Position numbers and translations under genes: made by a program. The notes under the pieces are model-generated. The model worked only from the letters and a program-made list of their open reading frames with translations, was not told where the DNA came from and made no database searches. From Malacoraja senta (taxonomy: Eukaryota), in the NCBI GenBank assembly GCA_038087875.1, contig CM075979.1, forward strand, positions 61,070,001 through 61,134,000: a stretch of DNA of 64,000 bases, read 5' to 3'. Shown piece after piece: positions 25,093-38,427 of the stretch; position 1 is the first letter of the stretch, and every line of letters begins with the position of its first letter.

Positions 25093-27546
25093 CGAGACCC
25101 TTCTTCAGACAGAAGGGACCCTTCTTCCCACTGTTCACTCATAAATGAAAGCTGCTCAGAAACAATAATGTACAGTGCCAAATTGTGTTAAGAACGCTGA
25201 TCCACAAGGCCAAATCATTGTTTTGACTCCCTTTAAAGGTGTGTTTTGCATCTTGTAACTGGAATATAAAAGAAACATAATCCATATTCTCCAGAGATGC
25301 TGCCTGACCTGCTGAGTTACTCCAGCACCTTGTGTCCTTTTGTGCAAACCAGCATCTGCATTTCCTTGCTTCGACAACCTGAATATAAGTTTTGCCTTGC
25401 TTTACCCGATCTATTCCTCTCATGATTTTGTACACCCCTATAAGATCATCCCTCATCCTCCTAGGTTCCAAGGAATAGACTTTATGCCCCAGACTTCCCA
25501 GCTTTACATCTGGTCAAGAAGATTGACTATTGTATATACAGAACTAAATGAAGCTTTACAATATGGAAGAATAAAGTGTAAATCTGCATCCCTCGGTTGA
25601 ATCCTGCATCTTTCTTCTTTACACTGCATTGTGGAAACAAGTAGCCATTTCCAAGCATTTCCAAGCATGGGTTTGGTCTTACCGATCCAAAGTTTGAGGC
25701 AGTAAGTCAGAGAATGTAAATTTAGAACATTTCAATTATGACAAAGAGGAAGGAAAAACTATCAAATGCTTAGGAGATACACAAAACTGCAGATGCTGGT
25801 TTATACAAAAAAAGACACACTGTGCTGGAGTAACTCAGCGGGTCAAGCAGCATCTCTGGAGTGACATGGATAGGCGATGTTTCGAATCGGGACCCTACTT
25901 CGGATCCCAATCCAAAAGGACACCTATCCATGATACTCCAGAGATGCTACCTGACTCCTTGAGTTACTACAGCACTTTGTGTCTGTTTTTAATCATATAG
26001 TTAGATTGTCCTAAAAAGGGAAACTAGTTCATTAATACCCTTTGGAGAAAATAATATGCTCCGATACAGCTGTAATATCATTGCCTTAAATGGTTTGTCT
26101 GTGTTTCCAATCCCAAACCAACTTTCAACTGCCTTTTTTTAAAAGAAAGAACTGCAAATGCTGGAAAAATCTAAGGTAGATAAAAATGCTGGAGAAACTC
26201 AGCGGGTGAGGCAGCATCTATGGAGTGAAGGAATAGGCGGCCTTCTTCAGACTGATGTCGGGGGGGGGGAGAAAGGAAGAGGCGGAGACAATAGGCTACT
26301 GGGAGATTTGTCATTGATGCCCGACGACGTGGATTTGGAGCTTTTTCAAAGCAGCAACCATCTTCAGCGGCTGCATTAAAGATGAGAAGTTGGGTTGTTT
26401 ATTGAAGTTCAACAGAACTCAAAATTATTCTGAAGCTAATCTCCATGGTTGCATGTGTTCAGAACTGTACACCATCCATTCCATGTACTGTACTCCATCA
26501 ACTGCTAGACATTGATCTTCTCCCGCAAGAAGGAATCTCACCACCTTGGCTCAATAAAGGTAAGGAGGCCTATTCTGTCCCTGCCAGGCAACAAAGCGAC
26601 ATTTAAATTAATTCTGGGGAAAAAAGATACAATGTGGTGGAGTAACACAGCGGGTGAGGCAGCATCACAGGAGAACATGGACAAGTGACGGTTCAGGTTG
26701 GGACCTTTCTTCCTTTCCACCGAGTTACTCCAGCAATTTTTTTGTTTTTTTGTATACCATCATTTGTAGTTCCTTGTTTCTACATTTAAGTTAATTCTAC
26801 CACTCAGCTCTCAGTCTGTGGGCTTGTAAGTCACAGCCGCAGCCACTGTAAGTGCACAACCACACTTGTTTGAAATGTAAGGAGATTTTCTCTCTCATCC
26901 TTTCTTTTAAGCATTAAAACCCAAGGTCACACCATCAACCTCTTCAAGCTCACAACTGGTCAAAAACCATAACACATAAAAGGAGTTACTAAAGTTGCTT
27001 ATCACCTTCCCCATTCCAACATCCACAAACCTGACCTAATACAGCTTGTAACATTACCTAAGAAGCTTAAAAATGTAAAATTTCATTGGCACTTCATCCA
27101 CTGGCATAAACATCTATCACTAACAGCATATCCAGATTGGAGTGTGTACTGTTATAGGATGAAACCACCTTACAGCCCAAGGCTTCTTTGACAGCAACTA
27201 TCTCATTTCTGAGGCTCCTGTTTATAACGTACTCACACTGTACTTCAGTGAGAAATCTTATAAATGTGTATGACTACTGGCCTTTAAGGATCTTGGCCTT
27301 TCATAAGTTCATAAGTTATTGGAGCAGAATTAGGCCTTTCGGCCCATCAATTCTACTGCGCCATTCAATCATGGCTGATCTATCTTTCATTCTCAGCCCC
27401 ATTGAAGGTTGAAGGTATACAGTATGTAGTAGCTGTCACTATAGTATATGTTTAACTCAAAAATGGCCATGGATATGTTGTTTATTTCCACAAGGCACTA
27501 AACTAAAATATAAACAAGCTACAGGTATAGTACATCATTATTAAAT

Positions 27547-27767
27547 AGATAGACACAAAAAGCTGGAGTAACTCAGCGGGACAGGCAGCATGTCTGGAGA
27601 GAATGAACTGGTGACGAATCGAGTCGAGACCCTTCAGTCTGAAGAAGGGTCTTGACCCGAAACGTCACCCTTTCCTTCTCTCCAGAGATGCTGCCTGTCC
27701 CGCTGAGTTACTCCAGCTTTTTGCGTCTATCTTCGGTTTAAACCAGCATCTGCAGTTCCTTCCTACA
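27547..27767. mobile_element. Non-autonomous fold-back Penelope-derived unit with hammerhead
   Basis: Inverted arms of about 85 bp (gatagacacaaaaagctggagtaactcagcgggacaggcagcat... / ...atgctgcctgtcccgctgagttactccagctttttgcgtctatc) plus a tail ending ccagcatctgcagttccttcctaca; flanked by direct repeat cattattaaat (27536-27546, 27768-27778). Confidence 0.85.
27639..27666 (+). ncRNA. Minimal hammerhead ribozyme motif (intact core, GUC cleavage triplet)
   Basis: CUGAAGA-A-GGGU(CUUG)ACCC-GAA-ACGU-C, at the centre of a fold-back unit. Confidence 0.75.
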
Positions 27768-29991
27768 CATTATTAAATGGATAGTCTGCTTATACCCTTA
27801 TGCCAGGTCCGGGCCACCCGCGAGACGGGGACCCTGCCCGAGACCCTGAAGTCTCGGCCGACTGCGGAACGGGGAGGGAGCAGCTGCAGAAGTGGACGCG
27901 AGGATCAAGGGCGGGTAGGAAGGTGAACCGGGGTAAAGCCTCCACTGTCTTCAAGATCAGCTGCAGGAGGAGCCGCCGGGACATAAAGGTGGCCAGTCGA
28001 GGAGAGGGACATCGGTTCGCGGGCCGATCCGGTTGAAGATGACGGAGGGAGACCCTGCAGGAGCCTGGTGCTTGCCTGGATCAGGAACTGCTCCAGTAGA
28101 CCGAGCACGTGGGCGGACTGATCGGACTTTGGACGTGGAATTGGTGCCAAGACATGACATGTGCCTGCATGTATAAACGTGCAAAAAGAATGTCACTGTG
28201 CAGTTGCACGTGACAAATAAAGAACCATGAACCATTAATAGCTCATTTCAAGGAGCTGCCTCCAAGGATTTTATGTATATATATATCTATTTTGAAATTA
28301 ATAGAGATTGAAGATTATATCTGTATAGTTTTCTCAAATGTAGAGCATTTTCAATGACTAGTCATGAATAGAAAATATGATTTAACTGTAATATGATCAG
28401 TTATTCAGCAACAGTTGAGTGAATGTGAAGAGATTTTGTGTATCATTGTAGCACTTGAGTCAGGCTCTTTATCTTATGCAACAATGTGCAATTGCGCTGA
28501 AAAAGAACATAATTCCTGGAATTAACCACGGAGCACAATCACAAAAATGATTTGCTTAACTCCTGCTAAAAGATAAATCTAGCAATTTATATTCGCGGAA
28601 CAGAGAGTATGTTACATCGAAACAAAATTATTAATTTAAGTTCTCATTTTACTTTCAACAGAAATTGTATTTATGAGCAGTTATACTACACCCCATTCTT
28701 CTGCATTATAATATATATACAGCGACATGGGTTGTAGTATTTTTGTATGTTTTTAAAGCAGCTGCAATAATATTGCTCTCATTACTTCTCATGTTCATGC
28801 TTATATTCCATTCTCACCCTGTTTTTTAAAATGCCTCACCAACAGTCAGTATTCATGCTCCTTATCACTTGATGTGGCTCAGCCTATCTCTAGATAGTCT
28901 TTGTTTTATACTCCCCCTAACTGTTTTTCAGAAACTGACATTCGTTCATTCTTTCCCCAGTTCTGAGGAAGGGTCCGTAACCCAAAATGCTAACTGTTTT
29001 TTCTTTCCACGGAAGCTGACTGTCAGACAGAGTTCTTCTAGCATTTCTGATTTTGTTTCAGGTTTTCAGCTTTGTTTCATCTCCGCAGTTTTATTTATTT
29101 TCCATTGATTCAATTATTGTTAGCAATAAAGCAACTGAGCCGCCAGGAATCTATTTATAAATGCAATGTAGTCTAAATGAAGCAATCTGAGGACAATATT
29201 AAACCTTGATCCTGTCAACGAGCTAGCTTGTTAAAGCTTGAGGCAAGGTAATTATTAATGACAAATCAAATCTTTGCAGTAGTTTGCTTATATCTGTCAT
29301 ACATGAAATCATGTCCATATTTCACATCTGAGCACTGGAATTGGCCTTTCGGTGATCAGGCAACTTTCTATGTTACATTAAATGCACTGTGAGTTAAAAA
29401 TCAAATACAACAGTTAGAAAGAAAACAAAATTAAAATTTAAAAAATGGCTCTTGGAGAGAGAAATAGGAGAGCAAGAGAAAATGCCTTTCTGAATGAGCC
29501 GTATTGTGTTTAAGTTGCAATCATGAATATGTTGCCCCTGACCAGCTTTGATATAAAATGTATGCAAAAGCTACAATGTAAGTGTAAAATGTCCCAGAAG
29601 TGCTTCATCGAATTATGTCCAAAATGGACACCCAACCATATTAGCTAATAGTGGAGGGATGATTAGAATTTGGTCAAAGAAGTGTATATTAAAAAGTTTT
29701 TTTTTTAAAAAGAAGGGCTTAAGGAAGGAATTTGAGGATATGGATAGTTGCAAATCAATCCACGGTCACCAGTGCTGCAGCAAAATATGGCATCGGGTGG
29801 AGCAAGTGTAAGAATCTGGGAAAGGTGTGTTCTGGGGAGCTGTGCTTACCGACAAAAGGAGCAGCATGGCCCTGAAGGGTTTTAAGCAGGAGGATGAAAA
29901 CTCTAATGTGAAGATCCAAGGCAATGTAGATCTGCAATGAAGTATGAAAGGGAAGTGATGTGGAATAGGATTGTTTTGCATTGAACCTTTA

Positions 29992-30549
29992 AGGGCCTGT
30001 CCCACTTGGGCGTCATTTGCGCGTCATTTACGCGACATCCTGCGTGGAGCGTGGTGATGCATGGTGGCGTATGCAGTGACGCTCGGTAATGTGTGGCGCC
30101 GCAGGATTTTGGAATGCTCAAAATACTCGTGCGCCACCTGCGTGACGTATCCCATGCGCATGATGGTGTATGCTGACGTACTGATGGCGTATGTGAGCGC
30201 GCGGTGACGCGTGGTTACGCACAATGACGCACGAACATTGCCTATGCTAATTTATTATGCGTCACAGTGCATCAACGTCCGTAATGCCGTCGGCTCGTCA
30301 TTTGAGCGCCGCACCACGTGACCACCCAGGTATAAAGCGCGCAAAGTTTTGAAGTTTTTTCACTGGGAAAATCCTTCCATGGAGATCGGACTAAGTACAA
30401 ACGACATCGCAAATGGCTCCCAAAAGAAGCAGGGCCCTCAAGAACACTTGGCGCGCGACTGTCGTATTGCCAGACGATTTTCGCGCGTCAGTCACTACTG
30501 ACCTGTCACGTAAATGATGCGCAAATGATGCTCAAGTGGGACAAGCCCT
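29992..30549. mobile_element. MITE (PIF/Harbinger-like; Kolobok-like not excluded)
   Basis: TIRs of about 45 bp (agggcctgtcccacttgggcgtcatttgcgcgtcatttacg / cgtaaatgatgcgcaaatgatgctcaagtgggacaagccct); ttaa context at both ends; internal TGACGC/GCGTCA repeats. Confidence 0.8.
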
Positions 30550-30949
30550 TAAGATAGCTGAAGTTCACAGAGCAACATCACAACAAGCAGAGTATTAGAA
30601 TCATTGAGTGCAGGAAGGAACTGCAGATATCTACCAAAGATAGACACAAAAGGCTGGAGTAACTCAGCGGGACAGGCAGCTTCTCTGGAGAATAGGAATG
30701 GATGACTTTCGGGTCGAAATCATTGAGCTACAAGGAATTGCAGATGCCTGTTTAGGAAATAAAAGCAAAGTGTTGGAATAACTCAGAATGTCAGGCAGCA
30801 TCTGTGGAAGTCATAGATAAGTAACGTTTTGGGTCTGGACAGAAGGGTCAGAAGAAGGCTTCCAACCAAAAACATCACCTATCCATGTCCTCCAGAGATG
30901 CTACCTGACCCGCTGAGTTACTCAAGCACTTCTAGATTTTTTTTATTGG

Positions 30950-31716
30950 TATAAGTTATAGGAGAAGAATTAGGCCATTCAGCCCATCAAGTCTACCCCA
31001 CTATTCAATCATGGATCTATCTTTCCCTCCCAACCCCATTCTCTTACCTACTCCCCATAACCCCTGACACCATTATTAATCAAGAATCTGTCAATCACCA
31101 CCTTAAAAATATCCATTGACTTGGCCTTCACAGCCGTCGATGGCAATGAATTCCACAGATTCACCATCCTCTGACTGAAGAAATTCCTCCTCATCTCTTT
31201 TTTAAAGTTACATCCTTTTATTCTGAGCCTAAACTCCCCCACTAGTGGAAACATCCTCTCCACATTCACTCTATACAGGCCTTTCACTATCCGGTAAGTT
31301 TCAATGTGCCCCCTCATCCTTCTAAACTCCAATGTGTACAGGCCCAGTGTTGTCAAAAGCTGATCATATGTTAACCCACTTACTCTTGGGATCTTTCTTG
31401 TAAACTTCCTCTGGACCCTCTCCAATGCCAGCACATCCCTCCACAGATATGGGGCCCAAAACTGCTCACAACACTCCAAATGCGGTCTGACCAGCACCTT
31501 ATAAAGCCTCAGCAATACATTCATGTTTTTATTTTCTAGTCCTCGCGAATTAAATGCTAGCATTGCATTTGCCTTCCTTACTACCGATTCGACTTGCAAA
31601 TTAACTTTTTGTGAATCCTGCACCTGCATTCCCAAGTCCCTTCGCACCTCCAATTTCTGAAATCTCTCCCCATTTAGAAAATAATCTATTTCTTTATTCC
31701 TACTACCAAAATGCAT
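30950..31716 (-). mobile_element. CR1 LINE 3' fragment
   Basis: 222-aa ORF2 C-terminus (LVRPHLECCEQFWAP...FFSQRMVNLWNSLP) and 3' UTR. Confidence 0.9.
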
Positions 31717-34700
31717 GACTCAATATCATGCAGTATCATTGAATCTGGAGGGGATGGTTGAGGTTTTAAGAACAGTTTTTTATGAATATTGAAGAGGATT
31801 ATGCTTGCAAAGTTTGAAAATCATGGGAATGATTCTCACGGTTCAATACTATGCAGCGGCTGGAGCGTTTAATAGAATCAATGGCAGCTTATCGTCAATA
31901 AAAGTGCAAGCAAACACAGGGTTCGATTTTTCCAGTGTTAAACCGGAGGAAAATGTGGTTCATCCAAGACAGGAGGCCAAATCAATACTCTGACAACAGA
32001 GATACATGGACAGCGCAGTAGTCGAGAGATGTGATGGTGAGGCAAAATTGGGGATCTCACAACCCATGATGGAAATTAACTCCTTTCTTTAGAATGATGT
32101 TTCCCAAAGGGCAATGTCTGGATAATAAAGTCAGGAAGGCCAGATTACAATCCTCAGAGGTTTCCAGAGCTGACAGCAAGGTGGCAGAGTGTAACAAAGC
32201 AAGGAATCGCATGGGAATTTGGAACGCCAACATTTGATCAGCACGCACATTGAAATTGCTAAAATAAATTACTGCTGCTGCTTCTCTTTCTCATCCTTAT
32301 TCCCTAATATTACCTCATTCTGTTTCTTATTGTTTTTAATGTGTTAACATTTTAGTAACTCCGACTGATTTATTCATTTTTCTTTGGTTGAGCATAAACC
32401 AACATAAATTAAGCAACATAAATTAAGCAACATAAATTAACCTCTTTACTAAGCTGTTTTCATTCTCTTTCTGGATTCCACCGTTCTATTTTAAGATAAA
32501 AATATCGAAATGGCTGTTTGTTTAAACAGGTTCACACTCGACCACAGTCCAATTACAGAATACTCTTCCTAATGTCAAACAGAGGTGCCCTACTGTACAA
32601 TGTACCTTATCAATGAACGAGAGCAATGAGTGTACAGACAACTTAATGTTATTGAATCACAGGTCTGTTAGGGCACCGTTGGATTTACATAGCTTGTGCT
32701 AAGAGAAACCATAACAGATTTAATGTCTTGGCATATTCAGTTGACTTTGGGGTCATTTGAGAATTGGACTTTAATTGCCACTTGACAGATAGCCTTCCTT
32801 TTGAATACTGAGCAAGTAAACCTTGAGGTCTGACCCTGAGCATAGTTGTTAACACAAGTATAACCTGCTTATATGTACACTCAAGGGACTTAAACAGTTT
32901 TATTAGTCAGACAACATATGTCAAGTAGCATAAATGCACCAATGTCAATGATGGTACAACTGGATGCGCTGCTGGAACTAGATGATGGAGGAATTCTATC
33001 TATCAGCACGGAGATGACTTCTACAAGCTGATCAATCAGATTACATTAAACATGGTTTAAATGATTTATTTTGTTTATATACAAAGGTCCTTCTAAAGGG
33101 GCTAGGAGGAAATACAAACTGAATTTGTGTTCTGTCTATTGAGCATAAATGATCAAATCATAGAATCATAAAAGGTTTATGAAGGATGCCTTATGACCTA
33201 TTGTAACTGTGCCGGTCGAAAACGTGATAACCAGCTTAATCCCAGCTTCCTGTACTGGATGTGTACTCCTGCAGGTCACTGCTCCGAGACCCCAACCAAG
33301 TAGTTTGTAAATGTAATGAGGGGATTTCTGCCTCCACCCATCCTTTCAGGCAGTGGGTTCCAGACCCTAACCATCCTCTGGGTGAAAACAAAAGTCTTCA
33401 CCTCGCAACTCATCCTTCAGTTTTAGATCCATGTCCTGTAGCTTTAGACCCCTCTACTAAGGGAAATAATTCCATCCTATCTACTCCATCTGGGCCCCTT
33501 ATAATATTATTCACCTCAATTACGTTTTCCCTCAGCTTCATCTGTTCCAGAGAAAATATCTAAAGCCTATCCAAGCCTACCAAATGTTATCAGACAACTG
33601 AACCACCCAACCAACAACTAGAGAGCAGTCCTGAGCTACCACCTACCTCATTGGTGACACTTGGACTATATTTGATCGTATTTTACTGTACTTTATCTTG
33701 CACTATATGTTATTCACATTATTCTCTTTAGCATGTATCTGTACACTGTGGATGGCTCAATTATAATCATGTATTGTCTTTCCGCTAACTGGTTAGTGCT
33801 CAACAAAAGCTTTTCACTGTACCTCCATACACGTGACAATAAACTAAACTAAACTATCCAATGTTTTCTATGGCTAAAGCTTTCCATCGTGGCATCATTC
33901 CAGTATCTATCCTCAACATCATCTCAGTATCGCATTGTGCTCTGATTTTGTGGGCAAACCAATCTCATTTTAATGGGATTGAAACGTTACTAATAATCGG
34001 TATTATTGGCAAATTACTAGAATGGCACTGTTTTTTTCTCCATGATTTTCATGCATCTGAAACACATGTGCCATGACTCAGACATGCAGTGGAGTGTACA
34101 GAGACACGCGACACATGGTTGAATGTGCATGCCAGCTTGTGCCCTCTGTGTCGTGTTTCTGCTTGAATGAAAGGCCACCTGTCCAAGCAGATCCCAGGCA
34201 GGCATTGGAAACCTGACTCACACAAGTCCCTTTCACTGTATGTACTTCACTGCATCTGCTCTGCCTCACGCTTTTGCCCCGTTTTCAAAAAGCTTGATCC
34301 TTGTCTGTCCCAGATCTCCATACACCAACCAGCGTGCCCAACTCTTCCACCAGCAGCATAAGCCGAAGAAATTAGCGAGTAAAGGAACTGGAGAAATTCA
34401 TGGGACTGAGAGCAGATGAATCCAGAGGACCTTTGACCAGTTTTGAAAGAAGTGGAGATAATGAATGCACTGGTTCACACCTAAAAATTCCATAGAATGT
34501 AGAACGATTCTCACGGATGGAAAGGCAGCAATAATTAAGCACTGAAAAGTCTCGGTGTTCAGAGGGAAGTGGTTGTCTTTGTATGAATCACTGTAAGATA
34601 ACATGTAGGTTCAGCAAACAAATGGGAAGCTAAGTCACATTGACCTTTATTGCAAGAGGATTTGAGTGCAAGAGTAAGAACATTTGTTGAAACTGATAAG

Positions 34701-34954
34701 ATTCTGAAGACACCACATATAAAATAATGTGTACAGGTCTGGTCTCCTTAACTATGGAAGGAAATACTGGTGTCAGAGAGAGTACAAGGAATTTCACCAG
34801 GATGCCTGATGAAAAGACATTAGCAGTCCACATTTATACTTACTGGAGTTTAGGACTGAGAGATTATCTCATGGCAGAATATAAAGTACTCACACGGTTT
34901 GAAAGGGTAGATGCAGGGATGTCTATAATTGCTATAATTGAGTCTCAAAATTAA

Positions 34955-35765
34955 CATGGATACAGTCCCTTTGCCCAACTCGTCCACGTCAACCAAGATG
35001 CTCCTTCTAAGCTAGACCAATTTATCTGCCTTTGGCCTATATCCCTTTAAACCTTTCCTATTGATATACCTGTCCAAGTGTCTTTTAAATTATGTTATAG
35101 TACCTGCCTCAACTACCTTCTCTGGAAGCTCGTTCTATATACGCACCACCCTCTGAAGGAAAAAGTTGTAACTCAGTTTTCCCCTCTCATCTTAAATCTA
35201 TGTCCACCTGTTCTTGATTCCCCTACCCTGGGTAAATGAGTCACCCTATATTCACCCTATCAATTCTTCTCATGATTTTATAAAGCTCGATAAGATCTCC
35301 CCTCAGCCTGTGCTCCCAGGAATAGTAAACTCCTCGCTTGCCCAGTCTCTCCCTATAGCTCATGGCCCTCAAGCCCTGGCAACATCCTCGTAAATCTTCT
35401 CTGTGTTCTTTCCAGCTTACTGACATTCTTCTTATAGCAGGATGACCCAAAGTTAAACACAATACTCCAAACGCAGCCTCACCAACATCTTGTACAACAG
35501 ATACATAACATCCCAATCTCTACTTAGTACCCTGACGGATGATGGTCATTTTGGTCAATGTATCAAAAGCCTACTTTACCACACTATCTACCTGTGACGC
35601 TACTTCCATGGAATGGTGTGCCTGTACTCCTAGATCCCTCTGCTCTACGACACTACCCAGGACCCGAGCATTCATTGTGAAGATTCTGTCCTGGTTTGAC
35701 TTCCCAAACTGCAATACGTCATACTTATCTACATTAAATTCCTCAGCCCACTTTCCCAGCTGATC
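34955..35765 (-). mobile_element. CR1 LINE 3' fragment (older)
   Basis: DQLGKWAEEFNVDKYDVLQFG...QRDLGV; frameshifted. Confidence 0.8.
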
Positions 35766-35777
35766 GAGATAAAGTGT

Positions 35778-37472
35778 TAAAGAAGGAACTGCAGATGCTG
35801 GAAAATCGAAGGTACACAAAAATGCTGGAGAAACTCAGCGGGTGCAGCAGCATCTATGGAGCGAAGGAAATAGGTAACGTTTCGGGCCGAAACCCTTCTT
35901 CAGACTGATAGGGGGTGGGGAGAAGAAAGGAAAGAAGGAAAAGGCGGAGGAGGAGCCCGAGGGCTGGGGGAGGGGAGGAGACAGCCAGATGGCTGATGAA
36001 GGGGAGGGGACAGCCAGGGCTAGCAGAATTGGGAGAATTCAATGTTCAGGCCACCAGGATGTAGACTGCCCAAGCGGAATATGAGGTGCATTTCCTCCAA
36101 TTTACGGTGTTGCTCGCTGTGGCCATGGAGGAGACCCAGGACAGAGAGGTCAGATACGGAATGGGAGGGGGAGTTGAAGTGCTGAGCCACCGGGAGTTCA
36201 GGTTGGTTATTGCGGACCGACCGGAGGTGTTCGGCGAAACGATCGCCAAGCCTCCGCTTGGTCTCACCGATGTAGATCAGCTGGCATCTAGAGCAGCGAA
36301 TGCAATAGATGAGGTTGGAGGAGATGCAGGTGAACCTCTGTCGCACCTGGAACTACTGCTTGGGTCCTTGAATGGAGTGGAGGGGGGAGGTGAAGGGACA
36401 AGTGTTGCATCTCTTGCGGTTGCAAGGGAAAGTACCAGGGGAGGGGGTAGTATGGGAGGGAAGGGAAGAATTGACAAGGGAGTTACGGAGGGAGCGGTCT
36501 TTGCGGAAGGCAGACATGGGGGGAGATGGGAAGATGTGGCGAGTGGTGGGGTCACGTTGGAGGTGGCGAAACTGACGGAGGATCACTTGTTGTATGTGAC
36601 GGCTGGTGGGGTGAAAGGTGAGGACTAGGGGGACTCTGCCTTTGTTGTGAGTGGGGGGATGGGGAGAGAGAGCAGTGTTGCGGGGTATGGCAGAGACCCT
36701 GGTGCGAGCCTCATCTATGGTGGAGGAGGGGAACCCCCGTTCCCTGAAGAATGAGGACATTTCAGATGCCCTGGTGTGGAACGCCTCATCCTGGGAGCAG
36801 ATGCGGCGTAGACGGAGGAATTGGGAGTGGGGGATGGAGTCCTTACAGGAAGCAGGGTGGGAAGAAGTGTAGTCCAGATAGCCATGGGAGTCGGTAGGTT
36901 TGTAGTGGATGTCGGTAAGGAGTCTATCACCTGCGATGGAGATAGTGAGGTCAAGGAATGGTAGGGAAGTGTCGGAAATGGTCCAGGTGTATTTGAGTGC
37001 CGGATGGAAGTTGGTGGTGAAGCGGATGAAGTCAGTCAGTTGTGTGTGGGTGCAGGATGTGGCACCAAAACAATCATCGATGTAGCGGAGGTAGAGGTCG
37101 GGGATGGGGCCCTGGTACGCATTGAACAAGGATTGTTCTACGTACCCGACAAAGAGGCAGGCGTAGCTTGGGCCCATGCGTGTGCCCATAGCTACGCCTT
37201 GTATTTGGAGGAAATGGGAGGAGTCAAATGAAAAGTTATTAAGTGTAAGTACCAGCTCCGCTAGGCGGAGGAGGGTGTCAGTGGCCGGGTATAGATTGCT
37301 TCTACGGTCGAGGAAAAAACGGAGGGCTTCGAGACCATCCTGGTGGGGGATGGAGGTGTACAGTGACTGGACGTCCATGGTGAAGATGAGGGGGTGAGGG
37401 CCTAGAGAGTGGAATGCGCGGAGATGACGGAGAGTGTCTGAGGTGTCTTGAACATAGGTAGGGATTTTGCTG
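35778..37472 (-). mobile_element. Penelope-like retroelement (RT + GIY-YIG endonuclease + 3' terminal repeat), 5'-truncated
   Basis: RT motifs MDVQSLYTSIPH, GVAMG, YLRYIDD, LPFLD; CCHH-type linker; GIY-YIG domain NLIYCIRC...IYIGETKRRLGDRFAEH. One in-frame TAG at 36353-36355 separates the two track ORFs. The 3' repeat (35778-35910) is the same sequence as the dispersed short units. Confidence 0.95.
35876..35903 (-). ncRNA. Minimal type I hammerhead ribozyme motif in the Penelope terminal repeat
   Basis: Reads CUGAAGA-A-GGGU(UUCG)GCCC-GAA-ACGU-U: conserved core boxes, stem II, and a palindromic ACGU in place of stem III, as described for Penelope-associated minimal hammerheads. Confidence 0.75.
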
Positions 37473-37554
37473 TCCAATTGTATGTGAATCTTTGGCATTC
37501 TACATTCAAGAGAAACATGAACATATTTGGAGATAGTGTTCATCTATGAAGGGA

Positions 37555-38288
37555 ATCACCAGGTGGCGCCACCAGCACTGGCTGCCTCGCCTACAGTCTG
37601 TTTGTCGTTTCTACTGTTTTTTATTATTTTAAGTATGTTTAAAAATATGTTTTAGTGTTTCTTGGTTTGTTTTATGTGTGGGGGGGGGGGGGAGAATTGG
37701 GGGAAACTTTTTTCAATTCCTTACCTCGACGGAGATGCGATTTTTCTCAGTATCGTATCTCCATCCCCCCTGCGGCCTAACAACGTGTGGTTGGCGGCCT
37801 TTCCTGGAGACCAGCCCGGCGCTTCAACCCTCGGGTGCTGCACGGACTTTAACATCGGGAGGTGCAATCCTTTACCGAGGATTGTGGAGAGCTCCAACCA
37901 CAGAGCCTGTGGACTTTAACACTGTGAAGCCCGCGGTCTCTGGTAAGAAGAGGCTGACTCGGGAGCTCCATGCTGCAGAGAATGTTTCAATCCGTCCTGA
38001 CGCCGGAGTTTCGATCATCCCGACGAGAGGGCTCGGACATCGGACTGTCGGCAGCGGTTACTGCGGAGGGTCCAACAGCCCCGACCACGGGTGAACAAAG
38101 AGGAAGATGATTGAATTTTATTACCTGAGGAATGTGGATACCGCTCTGGTGGATGTTTATGTTAAATTTTATTTTATGTGGCTGTGTGTCTTGTTGCTTC
38201 TTATTTAGTATGGCTGTATGGTAACTCAAATTTCACTGTACCTTAATTGGTACATATGACAATTAAATTGAATCTTGAATCTTGAATC
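37555..38288 (+). mobile_element. Unclassified GC-rich retroposon with (TCTTGAA)n tail; related pieces at about 27790-28235 (+) and 62125-62660 (-)
   Basis: CpG-rich non-coding body; shared 3' motif tttcactgtacctt...tgacaat(t)aaa followed by a short tandem tail. The same tail motif recurs at about 20820-20885, 33810-33855 and 55565-55660. Confidence 0.5.
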
Positions 38289-38427
38289 AAAGATATGTTT
38301 TTAGTGCAAGAAAGTAGAGCTGAGATCCACCTGCCCAGCAACACAGATCCCACCAATCAATCCCACATCCAATGATGTCTCATCCTACCTCTCTCCCACT
38401 ATTCCATTATATCATAATGATCCAACT

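Noticed and set aside
25358-25375. AFPCFD peptide, resembling the M1 aminopeptidase motif expected in the next TRHDE exon
   Set aside because: It is on the plus strand, upstream of TRHDE, and mostly encoded by the tail of a Penelope-derived unit (gcatctgcatttccttg); flanking residues do not match.
29992-30549. CpG island suggesting another promoter
   Set aside because: CpG richness is confined exactly within MITE TIRs.
32400-32440. Three copies of a 14-bp unit (aagcaacataaatt); also a 21-bp duplication at about 39513-39553
   Set aside because: Simple local slippage duplications with no spacers; not CRISPR-like.
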